The notes under the pieces were generated by a model. It ran no database searches and was not told where the DNA came from. It saw only the letters and a list, made by a program, of their open reading frames with translations. From positions 1-56,634 of the forward strand of contig JAADVB010000111.1 in assembly GCA_023334545.1 (NCBI GenBank): a DNA stretch of 56,634 bases, given 5' to 3'. The first letter of the stretch is position 1. Every line of letters starts with the position of its first letter. Positions 32,719 to 43,100 of this stretch are shown one piece after another. This stretch comes from Salisapilia sapeloensis CBS 127946 (Eukaryota > Protista > Oomycota). The position numbers and the translations under genes were made by a program.

Positions 32719-34740
32719 ATGGGCAAGATCATCGACTCCATCGAGGCTCAATATGCCTCTTCGGATGAAAAACCTACCGTCTCATTTGAATACTTTCCAG
32801 CCAAAACGGAGGATGGTATCTACAACCTCCTCACACGTATCGAAGGCATGAGCCTTTCGCTCCAGCCGACGTTCGTTACGCTCACGTGGCGCTCTGCTTT
32901 CAAAGACGAATCTCTATGGCTTCGTATCGGTGCTCATATCCAAAAGGAATTCCAACTGGATGTCCTACTCCACCTTACGTGCCATTTACCTGTGGAAGAC
33001 CTTAAACGCATCCTAAAGAATGCACGAGCTGCTGGCATTCGCAACATCTTAGCGCTACGTGGCGATCCTCCTATCGGATCAGAGCGATGGCAAAAGGTAG
33101 AAGGCGGACTATCCAACGCCGTTGACCTCATCCGTCTCATTCGACAGGAACATGGAGACTACTTCTGTATCGCCTGTGCCGGGTACCCAGAAGTCCACAT
33201 CGAATCGTGGAACCATCCTGACCTTCCTCCATCGAAAGAAGCGAAGCAGCTCGATTTGGAACGCCTTAAAGAAAAGCAAGACGCCGGTGCAGATTTCCTC
33301 ATCACTCAATTCTTCTTTGACGTTGATAATATGCTCCGTTGGATCCAAGACTGTCGTGACGTTGGCATCACGATGCCGATTCTCCCAGGCTATCTCCCGA
33401 TCCAAAACTATAATGCCTTTCGTAAATTTACAAGTTGGACGAAAACGAGTGTCCCGAAGCAAATTTCGCACGACTTGGAAAAGATTAAAAACGACGATGC
33501 GGCCGTGAAAAAGTATGGCATCCAACTCGCGATTGATACCTGCCAGAAGATGATGAATGCAGGTGTCAAGTCTCTCCACTTTTACACGATGAACTTAGCG
33601 TCTACTGTCACACAAGTCTTGAATGGACTTGACCTCGTGCCATCGCCACATCAACGCAGTTTGCCTTGGAACTCGACACTCGCACGCACGAACGGACATG
33701 GCGACGGAGAGCAAGTACGTCCGATCTTCTGGTCGAATCGTCAAGCGAGTTACATTGCTCGTACGTCCGAGTGGGATGACTTTCCCAATGGTCGATGGGG
33801 AGATCGATCGAGCCCTGCATACGGCGAATTGTCGGACTATTACCTCAACTTTAAGCGCAAGGTGAATCGACATCAACTCTGGGGCACACCATCGACGCAT
33901 CAAGAGGTGTATGACGTCTTCGTCGACTTTGTCGAAGGCAAAATCAAGCAGCTGCCTTGGTGTGAGCAGACGCTCGCGCAAGAGAGTGGTCGCATTCGTA
34001 ACCAGCTGAAGTGGATCAACAGCCACGGCTTCCTTACGATCAACAGCCAGCCGCGTGTGAACGCTACGCCATCGAACGACCCTGCCGTCGGGTGGGGAGG
34101 TGACGACGGTGTCGTCTTCCAGAAAGCGTACGTCGAGTTCTTCGTCTCTCCGTCGCTCCTCGATGAGCTCCTCAAGATGTTCCCAGAGTACCCGAGCCTC
34201 TCCTTCCACGCGCTCGATCGACACGGCAACGAGCACTCGAACGTCCCGAAGCACAGTGTCACAGCCGTCACGTGGGGTGTCTTCCCTGGCCGAGAGATTA
34301 TCCAGCCGACAGTCGTGGACTCCGACAGCTTCGACGCATGGAAGGATGAAGCATTTGAGCTATGGCAGGCTCAATGGCTATCTGCATACGAAGAAGGATC
34401 GGCATCCCATAAAGTCCTAAGCGACATGATCGACACGTACTTCCTCGTGAATGTCGTCGACAATGACTATACGAATGATGCAAGTGACATCTTCCACATT
34501 TTCTCTCGTATCATCGCTGATGGGATGAGTAAAGATGATCTACGTGCACGTATGGTGGAGCTCCAGACGTTGAATGAACATTTGCATGAATCCGTTGGGA
34601 AACTGCAGGTACTACAGGATGAAATGGCACAAGAATTGTCGAGTACACACGCGGAGCTTGAACGTCTTAAGAATGACAATGTCCAACTACGTAATGAAAC
34701 GCGTAAACTACGTGCACGTGCTGCCATTTCAACGCTTTAA
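32719..34740 (+). CDS. MTHFR: Methylenetetrahydrofolate reductase (eukaryotic type, catalytic + regulatory domains) with extra C-terminal coiled coil
   Basis: SFEYFPAKT, HLTC, NILALRGDPP, AGYPEVH, GADFLITQFFFD, HFYTMN, RPIFWSNR, WDDFPNGRWGD, TINSQP, QKAYVEFF, VTWGVFPGREIIQPTVVD. Confidence 0.97.
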   Translation: MGKIIDSIEAQYASSDEKPTVSFEYFPAKTEDGIYNLLTRIEGMSLSLQPTFVTLTWRSAFKDESLWLRIGAHIQKEFQLDVLLHLTCHLPVEDLKRILKNARAAGIRNILALRGDPPIGSERWQKVEGGLSNAVDLIRLIRQEHGDYFCIACAGYPEVHIESWNHPDLPPSKEAKQLDLERLKEKQDAGADFLITQFFFDVDNMLRWIQDCRDVGITMPILPGYLPIQNYNAFRKFTSWTKTSVPKQISHDLEKIKNDDAAVKKYGIQLAIDTCQKMMNAGVKSLHFYTMNLASTVTQVLNGLDLVPSPHQRSLPWNSTLARTNGHGDGEQVRPIFWSNRQASYIARTSEWDDFPNGRWGDRSSPAYGELSDYYLNFKRKVNRHQLWGTPSTHQEVYDVFVDFVEGKIKQLPWCEQTLAQESGRIRNQLKWINSHGFLTINSQPRVNATPSNDPAVGWGGDDGVVFQKAYVEFFVSPSLLDELLKMFPEYPSLSFHALDRHGNEHSNVPKHSVTAVTWGVFPGREIIQPTVVDSDSFDAWKDEAFELWQAQWLSAYEEGSASHKVLSDMIDTYFLVNVVDNDYTNDASDIFHIFSRIIADGMSKDDLRARMVELQTLNEHLHESVGKLQVLQDEMAQELSSTHAELERLKNDNVQLRNETRKLRARAAISTL

Positions 34741-34842
34741 AAGGAAAGAAAGCTATTCGGCGACTACTAAAAGCTGCTCTGTTGCTTGCACTAGTAACAC
34801 GGCACCTTGTCCGGATCGGACGTCAAGACTTTGTAAGATGAA

Positions 34843-37083
34843 TTACTCTTCACTAGCCTTGGTCTCCTCCAACCGCTTGAACATGCTAATCGCTTCTTCC
34901 AACGACTTTGTTCCATGCACCTTGTTATCTCGCGTACGAATGTTCACTGCACGCTCTTCCTTTTCCTTGGCACCGACGACGAGAATGTAGTTATAATGCG
35001 CCATCTGCCCCTCGCGAATCTTTTTATTCAATGTCTTGCCTGAATCGTCGATATCGACGTCGAAACCAGCACGGAAGAGCTCATCCTTGACTTCATACCC
35101 GTAATCGACAAAGTTCGCACCCACCGTCACGATCAACGCTTGACGCGGAGACAACCAGAAGGGGAACTTACCAGCGTAATGCTCTACTAGCACAGCAATG
35201 AAACGTTCTAACGAACCATAGATCGCACGATGGATGATCACCGGGCGTTTGAACGCCTCTGCATCTTCGTTATCCGATCGGTACTTGAGGTTGAAACGAA
35301 TCGGGAGCTGGAAGTCAAGCTGCACAGTCGCGCATTGATGCTGACGCTTGAGAGCGTCCGTGATCATGATATCGATCTTTGGCCCGTAGAACGCACCGTC
35401 TCCAGGGTTCTCACGCCACTTGCCTTTCCCGACAAACTCATCCAAGGCATTCGCGAGTTGTTTCTCCGCAAATTCCCATTGTTCCAAATCACCCATGGCT
35501 TTCTCCGGACGTGTCGATAGCTCTAAATCAACTTGAATGCCAAAGACATCGTACACGTACTTCATAAAGTTCAAAAAGTCGAGCACTTCTTTCTGGATCT
35601 GATCGTCACGACAGAAGATGTGCGCATCATCTTGCTGGAAACGACGGACACGCGTGAGACCAGTTAAGGCACCACTGAGTTCATTCCGATGGAGGACACC
35701 ACAATCAGCGTATCGGACAGGAAGCTCTCGATACGATCGGAGACGATGGTCGAACATGAGGCAATGGGAAGGACAGTTCATCGGCTTGAGTGCAAACTCC
35801 TGTCCTTCCACTTTGAACGTAAACATGTTATCCTTGTAATGCTGCGCATGACCCGATGTTTGCCATAGATCCATGTTGAACACATTCGGCGTGATCACTT
35901 CTTGATACCCTCGTGCACGATATTGTTCACGAATGAACTTCAACAGCTTAAAGTAGATGGCTGAGCCATGAGGAAGCCAGAAGCCACTGCCAGGACTCCA
36001 CGGATGGAAGAAAAAGAGCTCTTCCGATTGACCCAATCGACGGTGATCGCGCTTCGCAGCCTCTTCTTGAAAGTGCTTCCACTCCTTCATCTGCTGCTTG
36101 TTCGGGAATGAAATGCCGTACACGCGCTGGAGACTGTCGTTCGTAGTCTTGCCGAGCCAATACGTACTCGACGTACGCGTGACGGAGAAAGCTTTCAGCT
36201 TACCCGTATGCGGCACGTGTGGACCACGACAGAGATCAATGAGAGGACCACAGCGATAGGCGGTCGTCTTCCCTCCATCCGGAATCTTCGTACTGATCAA
36301 TTGGACCTTGAAAGGATTATCAGCAAAGAGTTCGAGCGCCTCTTCTTTCGTGAGGACGATACGCTCGAATTTTTGCTTGTCCTTGACGACCTTTAGACAA
36401 GCCTTTTCAATCGATGGGAGCTCACCTTCCCCAATCGTCTCTTTCCCCATGTACGAATCATAGTAAAAGCCTCCTTCCACCGGCGGACCGATGGTTAAAT
36501 GGCTACCTTTCATCTTTTCTAAACTCTCGCCTAAGACGTGAGCACTCGAGTGCCAGAAGACCATCTTGCCTTCACGATCTTCGAACTTGAGCAACTCGAG
36601 ACGACAGTCGCCGATCAACGGACGGAAGACGTCCCAGAGCTCCGTCTTGGCGCCACCGGCACAGCAAGAGTCGGTATCAGCATCCTGCGTCTCGTTACCG
36701 TCAATGTCCGATGCATCGACACGGAACGGATCTTCTGGCTGGCCCTGGTATCGAACGCGAGCGACGACGACAGCGTCGGCGAGACCTTGGGAAATGGACA
36801 GCGCAATGTCCAGTGGCGTCGTCTGCCACGCAATACCGTCTTTCACGGCTCCATCCGGCAATTCGACCTTGATATGCTTGTTCTCGGCAGCAAGCTTCGC
36901 TACTTGTTCACGCTGAGGAGCGATCAATCGGTCGTACACTTGCTCTCGCTTCGAGATAAAAGGAGGGTCTTGCGTCGGTGTAAATTCACCACCAATCTTG
37001 TGAGCGTCCGCGGTAGACACCTTAGGTCCACTCGCTTCCGTCAAACGCGTCTGTACACGCTGCGTATTGCTCTCGTCCGCCAT
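34843..37083 (-). CDS. TARS: Threonyl-tRNA synthetase (cytosolic type)
   Basis: TGS domain (WQTTPLDIA), HSSAHVLGE, DLCRGPHVP, RDHRRLG, KPMNCPSHC, TRVRRFQQDDAHIFC, QCATVQLDFQLP, IHRAIYGSLERF, anticodon-binding domain. Confidence 0.98.
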   Translation of the reverse strand: MADESNTQRVQTRLTEASGPKVSTADAHKIGGEFTPTQDPPFISKREQVYDRLIAPQREQVAKLAAENKHIKVELPDGAVKDGIAWQTTPLDIALSISQGLADAVVVARVRYQGQPEDPFRVDASDIDGNETQDADTDSCCAGGAKTELWDVFRPLIGDCRLELLKFEDREGKMVFWHSSAHVLGESLEKMKGSHLTIGPPVEGGFYYDSYMGKETIGEGELPSIEKACLKVVKDKQKFERIVLTKEEALELFADNPFKVQLISTKIPDGGKTTAYRCGPLIDLCRGPHVPHTGKLKAFSVTRTSSTYWLGKTTNDSLQRVYGISFPNKQQMKEWKHFQEEAAKRDHRRLGQSEELFFFHPWSPGSGFWLPHGSAIYFKLLKFIREQYRARGYQEVITPNVFNMDLWQTSGHAQHYKDNMFTFKVEGQEFALKPMNCPSHCLMFDHRLRSYRELPVRYADCGVLHRNELSGALTGLTRVRRFQQDDAHIFCRDDQIQKEVLDFLNFMKYVYDVFGIQVDLELSTRPEKAMGDLEQWEFAEKQLANALDEFVGKGKWRENPGDGAFYGPKIDIMITDALKRQHQCATVQLDFQLPIRFNLKYRSDNEDAEAFKRPVIIHRAIYGSLERFIAVLVEHYAGKFPFWLSPRQALIVTVGANFVDYGYEVKDELFRAGFDVDIDDSGKTLNKKIREGQMAHYNYILVVGAKEKEERAVNIRTRDNKVHGTKSLEEAISMFKRLEETKASEE

Positions 37084-37188
37084 ACTCGTACTTGGATCTC
37101 TTCCTCCGATATTCGGGTGGCGAGGACAGGGTCGGTTGTTAACGAATTGATGTTAGCTCGCAGTTAGAAACAGAGAGCTGGTTAAGAG

Positions 37189-37204
37189 GGAAATGGTAAA
37201 GTGA
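37189..37204 (-). promoter_or_regulatory. Oomycete core promoter Inr + FPR upstream of ThrRS
   Basis: Minus strand TCACTTT-ac-CATTTCC matches YCAYTYY + MWTTTNC, with the same spacing as the lipase promoter. Confidence 0.7.
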
Positions 37205-37658
37205 GAGAGAGGATTGGAGGTGGAAGGATGACTTGTTGTGTTGCTGGAAAATATATATGGAATGGAGGCATGTTGTGGTTGGAGTGGATGACGAGAATGA
37301 TCTTGTGCGGTAGAAGTTGATTGCTGTGCTTGAAGATGGAGATGTGGAAGTGACCTTCATCGACGCCATGAGCAGAGTGTATGTAAGTGTCCAAGCAGCG
37401 TTTTGTCACTAGAAGCTGTAAAGTTATAGGATTTAGACATTTGCTAAAGAGAATTCTTTCTGTGTAATAAACACATGAACCACAAGAAATGAAGTAGAAT
37501 GGGTATCTCGCCTTGACTAAGGCCAAGTAGATCAAAACGAGAGTACTCTGACTAGCGTCTATTTTCTACCAATAAAAGATGTTTATATGGATTTTAACCA
37601 ATTAAAAATGGCTACAGGATTGGTGGTCAAACGTGGGAATTATCAGATTGGAACGAAC

Positions 37659-40099
37659 ATGGAGACCAAGGTCGCGTTCCATGTGCGCAAGTACTTGAAG
37701 GAGAATGATACAGTTCCGACGGAGGAATTTATGACCAAGTACCTCAAGGACACGTATGCCGAGTATCAGCGAAAACCACAGGTATACACGCTAGAGAATA
37801 GCTATCAAATGCAGTGATTAATACGTGGTCCAGGGCCCTCTCAAGACCATGGTACGCAAAGTTTTAAAGAAGCAAGGCAAAGCCAATGGCAACAGGTACA
37901 TTGCAATCCTCCTAGCATCATTTTCAGCCTTTAACGGCACATTCTAGTGCCACAAAACGAACTCGAAGTGAATCATCGGAGGAAGATGAGCGTATGGCCG
38001 CCGAGTTCGAAGCCCAAACAGCTTTATCAGGTGCCTCCAACTCGCTCAACTCTTCCATTCGAGCCAACTACGCTTCCACGACGGAAAAGAATGCTGAATC
38101 AAGCGATACACCGAGTAAAAAGAAAGCTCGTGTTCGCCAACGGTCCGACGATGATTCGCAAAAGAAGAAGCGCGATGCCAAGTCCAAAGACGATGAAGAG
38201 CCAGGCTTTGTCGTCTCTCGTCCGACAGCTCGATACACTGATTTTGGAGGCATCCATACTATCCTACAAGAAGTAAAAGAACTCATCGAGTATCCTCTCA
38301 CGCATCCCGAAGTCTACTCTCACCTCGGTGTCGAGCCTCCTCGTGGCATCCTATTGCATGGCCCGCCTGGTACAGGCAAGTCGATGCTTGCTCATGCTAT
38401 TGCAGGAGAATCAGGAGCCTGCTTCTTCCGTGTATCTGCTCCTGAGATTGTTTCTGGCATGTCTGGTGAGTCCGAACAAAAGGTTCGAGAGCTATTTGAT
38501 GAAGCAGTTTCAAACGCCCCATCCATCATTTTCATCGATGAAATCGATGCGATTGCACCGAAGCGAGAGACGTCTCAACGTGGCATGGAAAAGCGTATCG
38601 TCGCGCAACTACTCACTTCCACAGATTCACTCAGTCTCGAGCGAACAGGAGGCAAACCAGTGGTTGTCATTGGGGCTACAAACCGTCCAGATGCACTTGA
38701 CTCTGCCTTACGTCGTGCAGGTCGTTTTGATCGAGAGATTGGTCTGGGTATTCCAGACGATGTCGCTCGAGAACACATCCTCCGCGTCCTCGCTGCCAAG
38801 ATGACGTTAGAAGGAGACTTTGACTACAAAATGATCGCCAAGAAGACGCCTGGTTTCGTTGGTGCAGACCTCGCATCATTAACCAAAGAGGCGGCTGTAC
38901 TAGCTGTGAATCGCATCTTCTCCACCATCCTTTCGGACAAGAACAAAAGTGAGAAAGATGAAAGCATGGCAGCTGCGGACAATGCGGATGATAGCTCTAC
39001 TGCCGATGGCATTCGATCACAGATAACGCCATTCACACCGGAAGAATTAGCACCACTAAGCATCTCCATGGCAGACTTCCTTGCGGCTGTACCTAAAGTC
39101 CAGCCGAGTTCGAAGCGTGAAGGCTTTGCGACCATCCCAGATGTCTCGTGGAACGACATTGGTGCACTCTCGAGTGTGCGTGATGAGCTCGTCTTGTCGA
39201 TCCTCGAGCCGATCCAACACCCCGAACGCTTCGATGCCTTGGGACTCGACATGCCAGCAGGTGTGCTGCTCTATGGACCGCCTGGATGTGGTAAGACGCT
39301 ACTTGCTAAGGCAATTGCGAACGAAAGTGGCGCCAACTTCATCAGCATCAAAGGGCCTGAGCTACTTGACAAGTACGTCGGTGAGTCGGAGCGTGCTGTT
39401 CGACAAGTATTCCTTCGTGCTCGAGCGTCTTCTCCTTGTGTTGTCTTTTTCGATGAACTCGATGCGCTCTGTCCTCGTCGATCAGATGGTGGTGATTCTG
39501 GTAATGGAGTCAGTGAACGCGTAGTTAATCAGCTATTGACCGAGATGGACGGACTGGACGGACGGAAGAATGTCTTTGTAATTGCGGCTACGAACCGTCC
39601 GGATATGATTGACCCAGCCATGTTGCGTCCTGGCCGACTAGACAAGTTGCTGTACGTGCCGCTACCTGGTGCAGCCGATCGCCTGCAGATCTTGAAGGCG
39701 CAGACGAAGAAGTGTCGAATGGCAGATGACGTTCAATTAGAATCGATTGCTCAAGACCCGAAAGGTGAAGGCTTTAGTGGCGCTGACCTCAGTGCTTTGG
39801 TGCGTGAAGCTGGTATCGCTGCACTTCGTGAAGCAGACCTGTCGACGACGGCGACTGAGGCATTGTTCATCCATCACAGGCACTTTGTACAAGCGTTTGA
39901 GACGGTCTTCCCATCCGTCTCTCGTGCTGACCAACGCATGTTTGATCGTATGAAGAAGAACTTGCGTCGATCCAGAACGACGATGGTGCCGGATGCGACC
40001 GAAAAAGCGGCTGCAGCAGCTAAAGTTGCGGTTGAAACCATCGACAAGAAGGTTCCTGACGATGAAAAGGATAAAAAGGATGAAAAGATGCTGGCGTAG
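37659..40099 (+). CDS. NVL: Nuclear VCP-like AAA+ ATPase (NVL/Rix7, 60S ribosome biogenesis); join(37659..37781,37834..37895,37948..40099)
   Basis: Two AAA domains (GPPGTGKS/IDEIDAI and GPPGCGKT/FDELDAL; second-region RRAGRFDRE and RPGRLDK). The N-terminal VRKYL..YAEYQRK motif is recovered by two 52-nt introns (37782-37833, 37896-37947). Confidence 0.92.
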
Positions 40100-40150
40100 A
40101 GCGATTTAGTAACAAGCAAATAGATTGTTCATTCACTTTGATATATCTGT

Positions 40151-43100
40151 CTACCCATGCATGCGTCCATAGCTACGTCCACTTGATGTGATACGAGGTA
40201 TAGACCGTGGACTTCTACCGCTGAGTCTTTTCGAGAAATTAGAGGGATCCAGTAGCAAGCAGAAAGTTTGGATGATAGTGTTCCCCGGTTCTATCGTGCC
40301 ATCCTCTGGAATTGATAGATCAGTATCTTTCAGCAAGTATCGTGCAGCACAAGCCTTGGCACTGCTTATGATCTCCTTAGCTTCGAGCACACTAAGGCTG
40401 TTCAGTTCAGAGAGGAGGAACATCGCAGAGTGATAGATGTAGGTATGCGGTATCTGGTCCTCCACCATCGTTGCAATGTCTATACTAGATCGTCGGCTAC
40501 TAGGTGAATTTTGAAGGGAATCTACCCTACGACTAAGACCTGCTTTTATATGAGGCATCAGAATGTCAACGGCATGCCTCATCGTTGGAACGAAAGGGCT
40601 GGATGGAGCTACTGGCATGATCCAATCTACTTTGTTCATACGACGATGGTTTGGATAGCTTTGGAGCAATTGCTCGTAGTCCTCATGGTCCAGACGGAAG
40701 AGGTCGCAAACTGAAAGAGCTGTACAAGTTTCCTGCCATGGGATACCATAAAGCAGTGGTAATTCACCGAAATGTGCTCCAGATTCCTTCACTTGCTCGG
40801 ATTTTTCATGCCGAACGATGACACGACCACTAGAGATGAAGTACATGACTCGCATGACATCACCTTGGGCTACGATCTCTTCACCATCACTGCAGACAAC
40901 GTAATGCAACTTTAGTAGTAGTGACCGTAGGAAGTAATATTCAAGTGATCGAAAGAGAGTCACTCTCCACGCCAACGTACGGCGCATTGTGTATACTACA
41001 TCCTCACGAAGAACTGGTGAAATGAACTCAGTCGCACTTAGCTTCTCGTCTCCTTGTTGCCTATTCCATATTCGAGCGTAATAGTTCTTTATATGCTGCT
41101 GCATTTTGTCCGGCACGTTGTGCTGGACAAGGTAGTGCTGTATCGCTGCAATACGCTCCTCAAAGCTAGCACGCTGACGCATGAAAATGTCCAACCATTC
41201 GCTTTGTGCACCGATAAGAGACCCGTATACATATATGCCGACGAGGATGAAACCCATTTCGACTGCGGTCTCAACGACATTTAAAGACGTGATATCGCCA
41301 TAGTAGACCATCGAGACCGACTCATACGATACTAGCAACGAACGAAGATACTTTCGACTAAGCGATACAGCACGAAGCCCGGCTACATCAAGATTGATAG
41401 TAAAGAACCCTGGTGGAAGAATGAGCAAGCCAGACGACGATAGCCACGATTTGTCGTAATACTTAAAAGCACTGTCACTGGCAGCATACCAGATACATGC
41501 AATCAAATGGATCATGACATTGTACTTGATGACAGATCGAATGAATCGCAGCGTAGCTTCTGTGATAGGTAACTTGACGTCGTACACGAAGAACTGAAAT
41601 AAAGACTCTGAAAGAGAATCGATTCGTGCAACGTAAAGCAGCTTGTTCAGACGCAAGAAGCTCAAGTACCTTCGTTCGTACGCACTGGGCACATATATAG
41701 CCAATATAGCCAAGTCAAATGGAAACAACGCCGCAAGGTCGTACCAGAACGAAGGATAGATAACCGAGGATACTCTTGCTATAAATCTTCGATACTTGCT
41801 CGACCTATGAAGCAGCGGTGTGGTGTTTATCTGCACATGGCGCTCGTTGCTGTGAAGATGCAGCTTGTACCCAACATCGACAAAGCATGCCAAATCCATC
41901 ATGTATTCACACCAAATCCAAGGAGAAAGTGCATCACTACCCCTTACTTGTAGGTCATTGTCGAAACATACTCTGAATGGATATCCAGTAACCCAGTAAC
42001 AACTAATAATCAGCATAAAAGCTTCCCACATTTTACTCATGTTCAGGATCATTCGCTGAAATCCAAGTAGGAGACGATCACTTTTCTTCCTCTTTGCCAG
42101 GAGATGTAATTTGCTTGCTTGCGCTTTTATCATTGCTCGTGCGCTCCCAGATTTGCTCAAGGGTTTCGAGTCACCGACTGGCAGAACTTTTGAATCAGGA
42201 AGATTTTGTTGGACAGCTAAATTTCTCTTCGAATCTCGGCTTTGACTGCGGCTCGTACTGTGACCAGAGGTCTTAGAAGACATTGATACGCCAACCTTCT
42301 GTCTCCAATTTCGATATATATGATACAAATTTAGTAACTTTGAAAATTGAGGTCGTTGACATTGCTGTAGAACCTCAAAGTTAATACCCACTGTTTCATG
42401 CCTGGCAGCCTCAAGACCACCCGTGACCTTATTCGCAAGCCGCTTATGTTTTTCTTCATCAAACTTGACTAACGAAAAGAATTTTTCATCGAATAGAGGA
42501 AGTGATTTGCTGCGGTGTAGTCTTTGGCGACGGCTCCGAGTAATTTGGCAGGCAAGACTCGCGAGACTAGATCTTCTCCGTTGAACAAAGGGCTCTAAGC
42601 TGCCTGAATTAAGCTCATTTGTACCATTTGCTCCATCCTGGTTTGTTTTACGACTGTCAAGTACGTTAGTGACACTAGTTGCCTCACTGAACATGTTGCG
42701 AGGCGTTGGCAGCGTATCTTTTGGAGGTAAGTCGTTGGTTACCAATGCTATCGAACTCATCCTATTTAACGCTTGACTGTCATCAATGCTTATTATGCGC
42801 TGATGTGCAACGGGGGATGCTTGCAGTTGCTGTATACTGTCTTGGCAAAGACCAGACATCCTTCGTCCATTTCTGAGAGGCGCTTTTTGCGCTAATACTT
42901 TAGCTATTTGCTGGTTGTGCGCTTCCATAGAGTCCGTGATTTCCTTGAGTTTTTTGTCTACCGCAAACTCGACGGCGGCCAAGTACGTGGCTCGTCGCCA
43001 GCATTCCTTTTGCAGCAGCTCTAGGTTTTGACTGGTCATATGGATGCGGATGTAGCGACTGACAGGATTTACTTGTGACATCATTTCACGATATAGATCG

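Noticed and set aside
27629-39252. Long antisense/alternate-frame ORFs (e.g. 28896-29471, 30295-30843, 33595-34254, 36538-37167, 38328-38804)
   Set aside because: These are shadows of codon-biased, GC-rich genes on the other strand or frame; no independent motifs.
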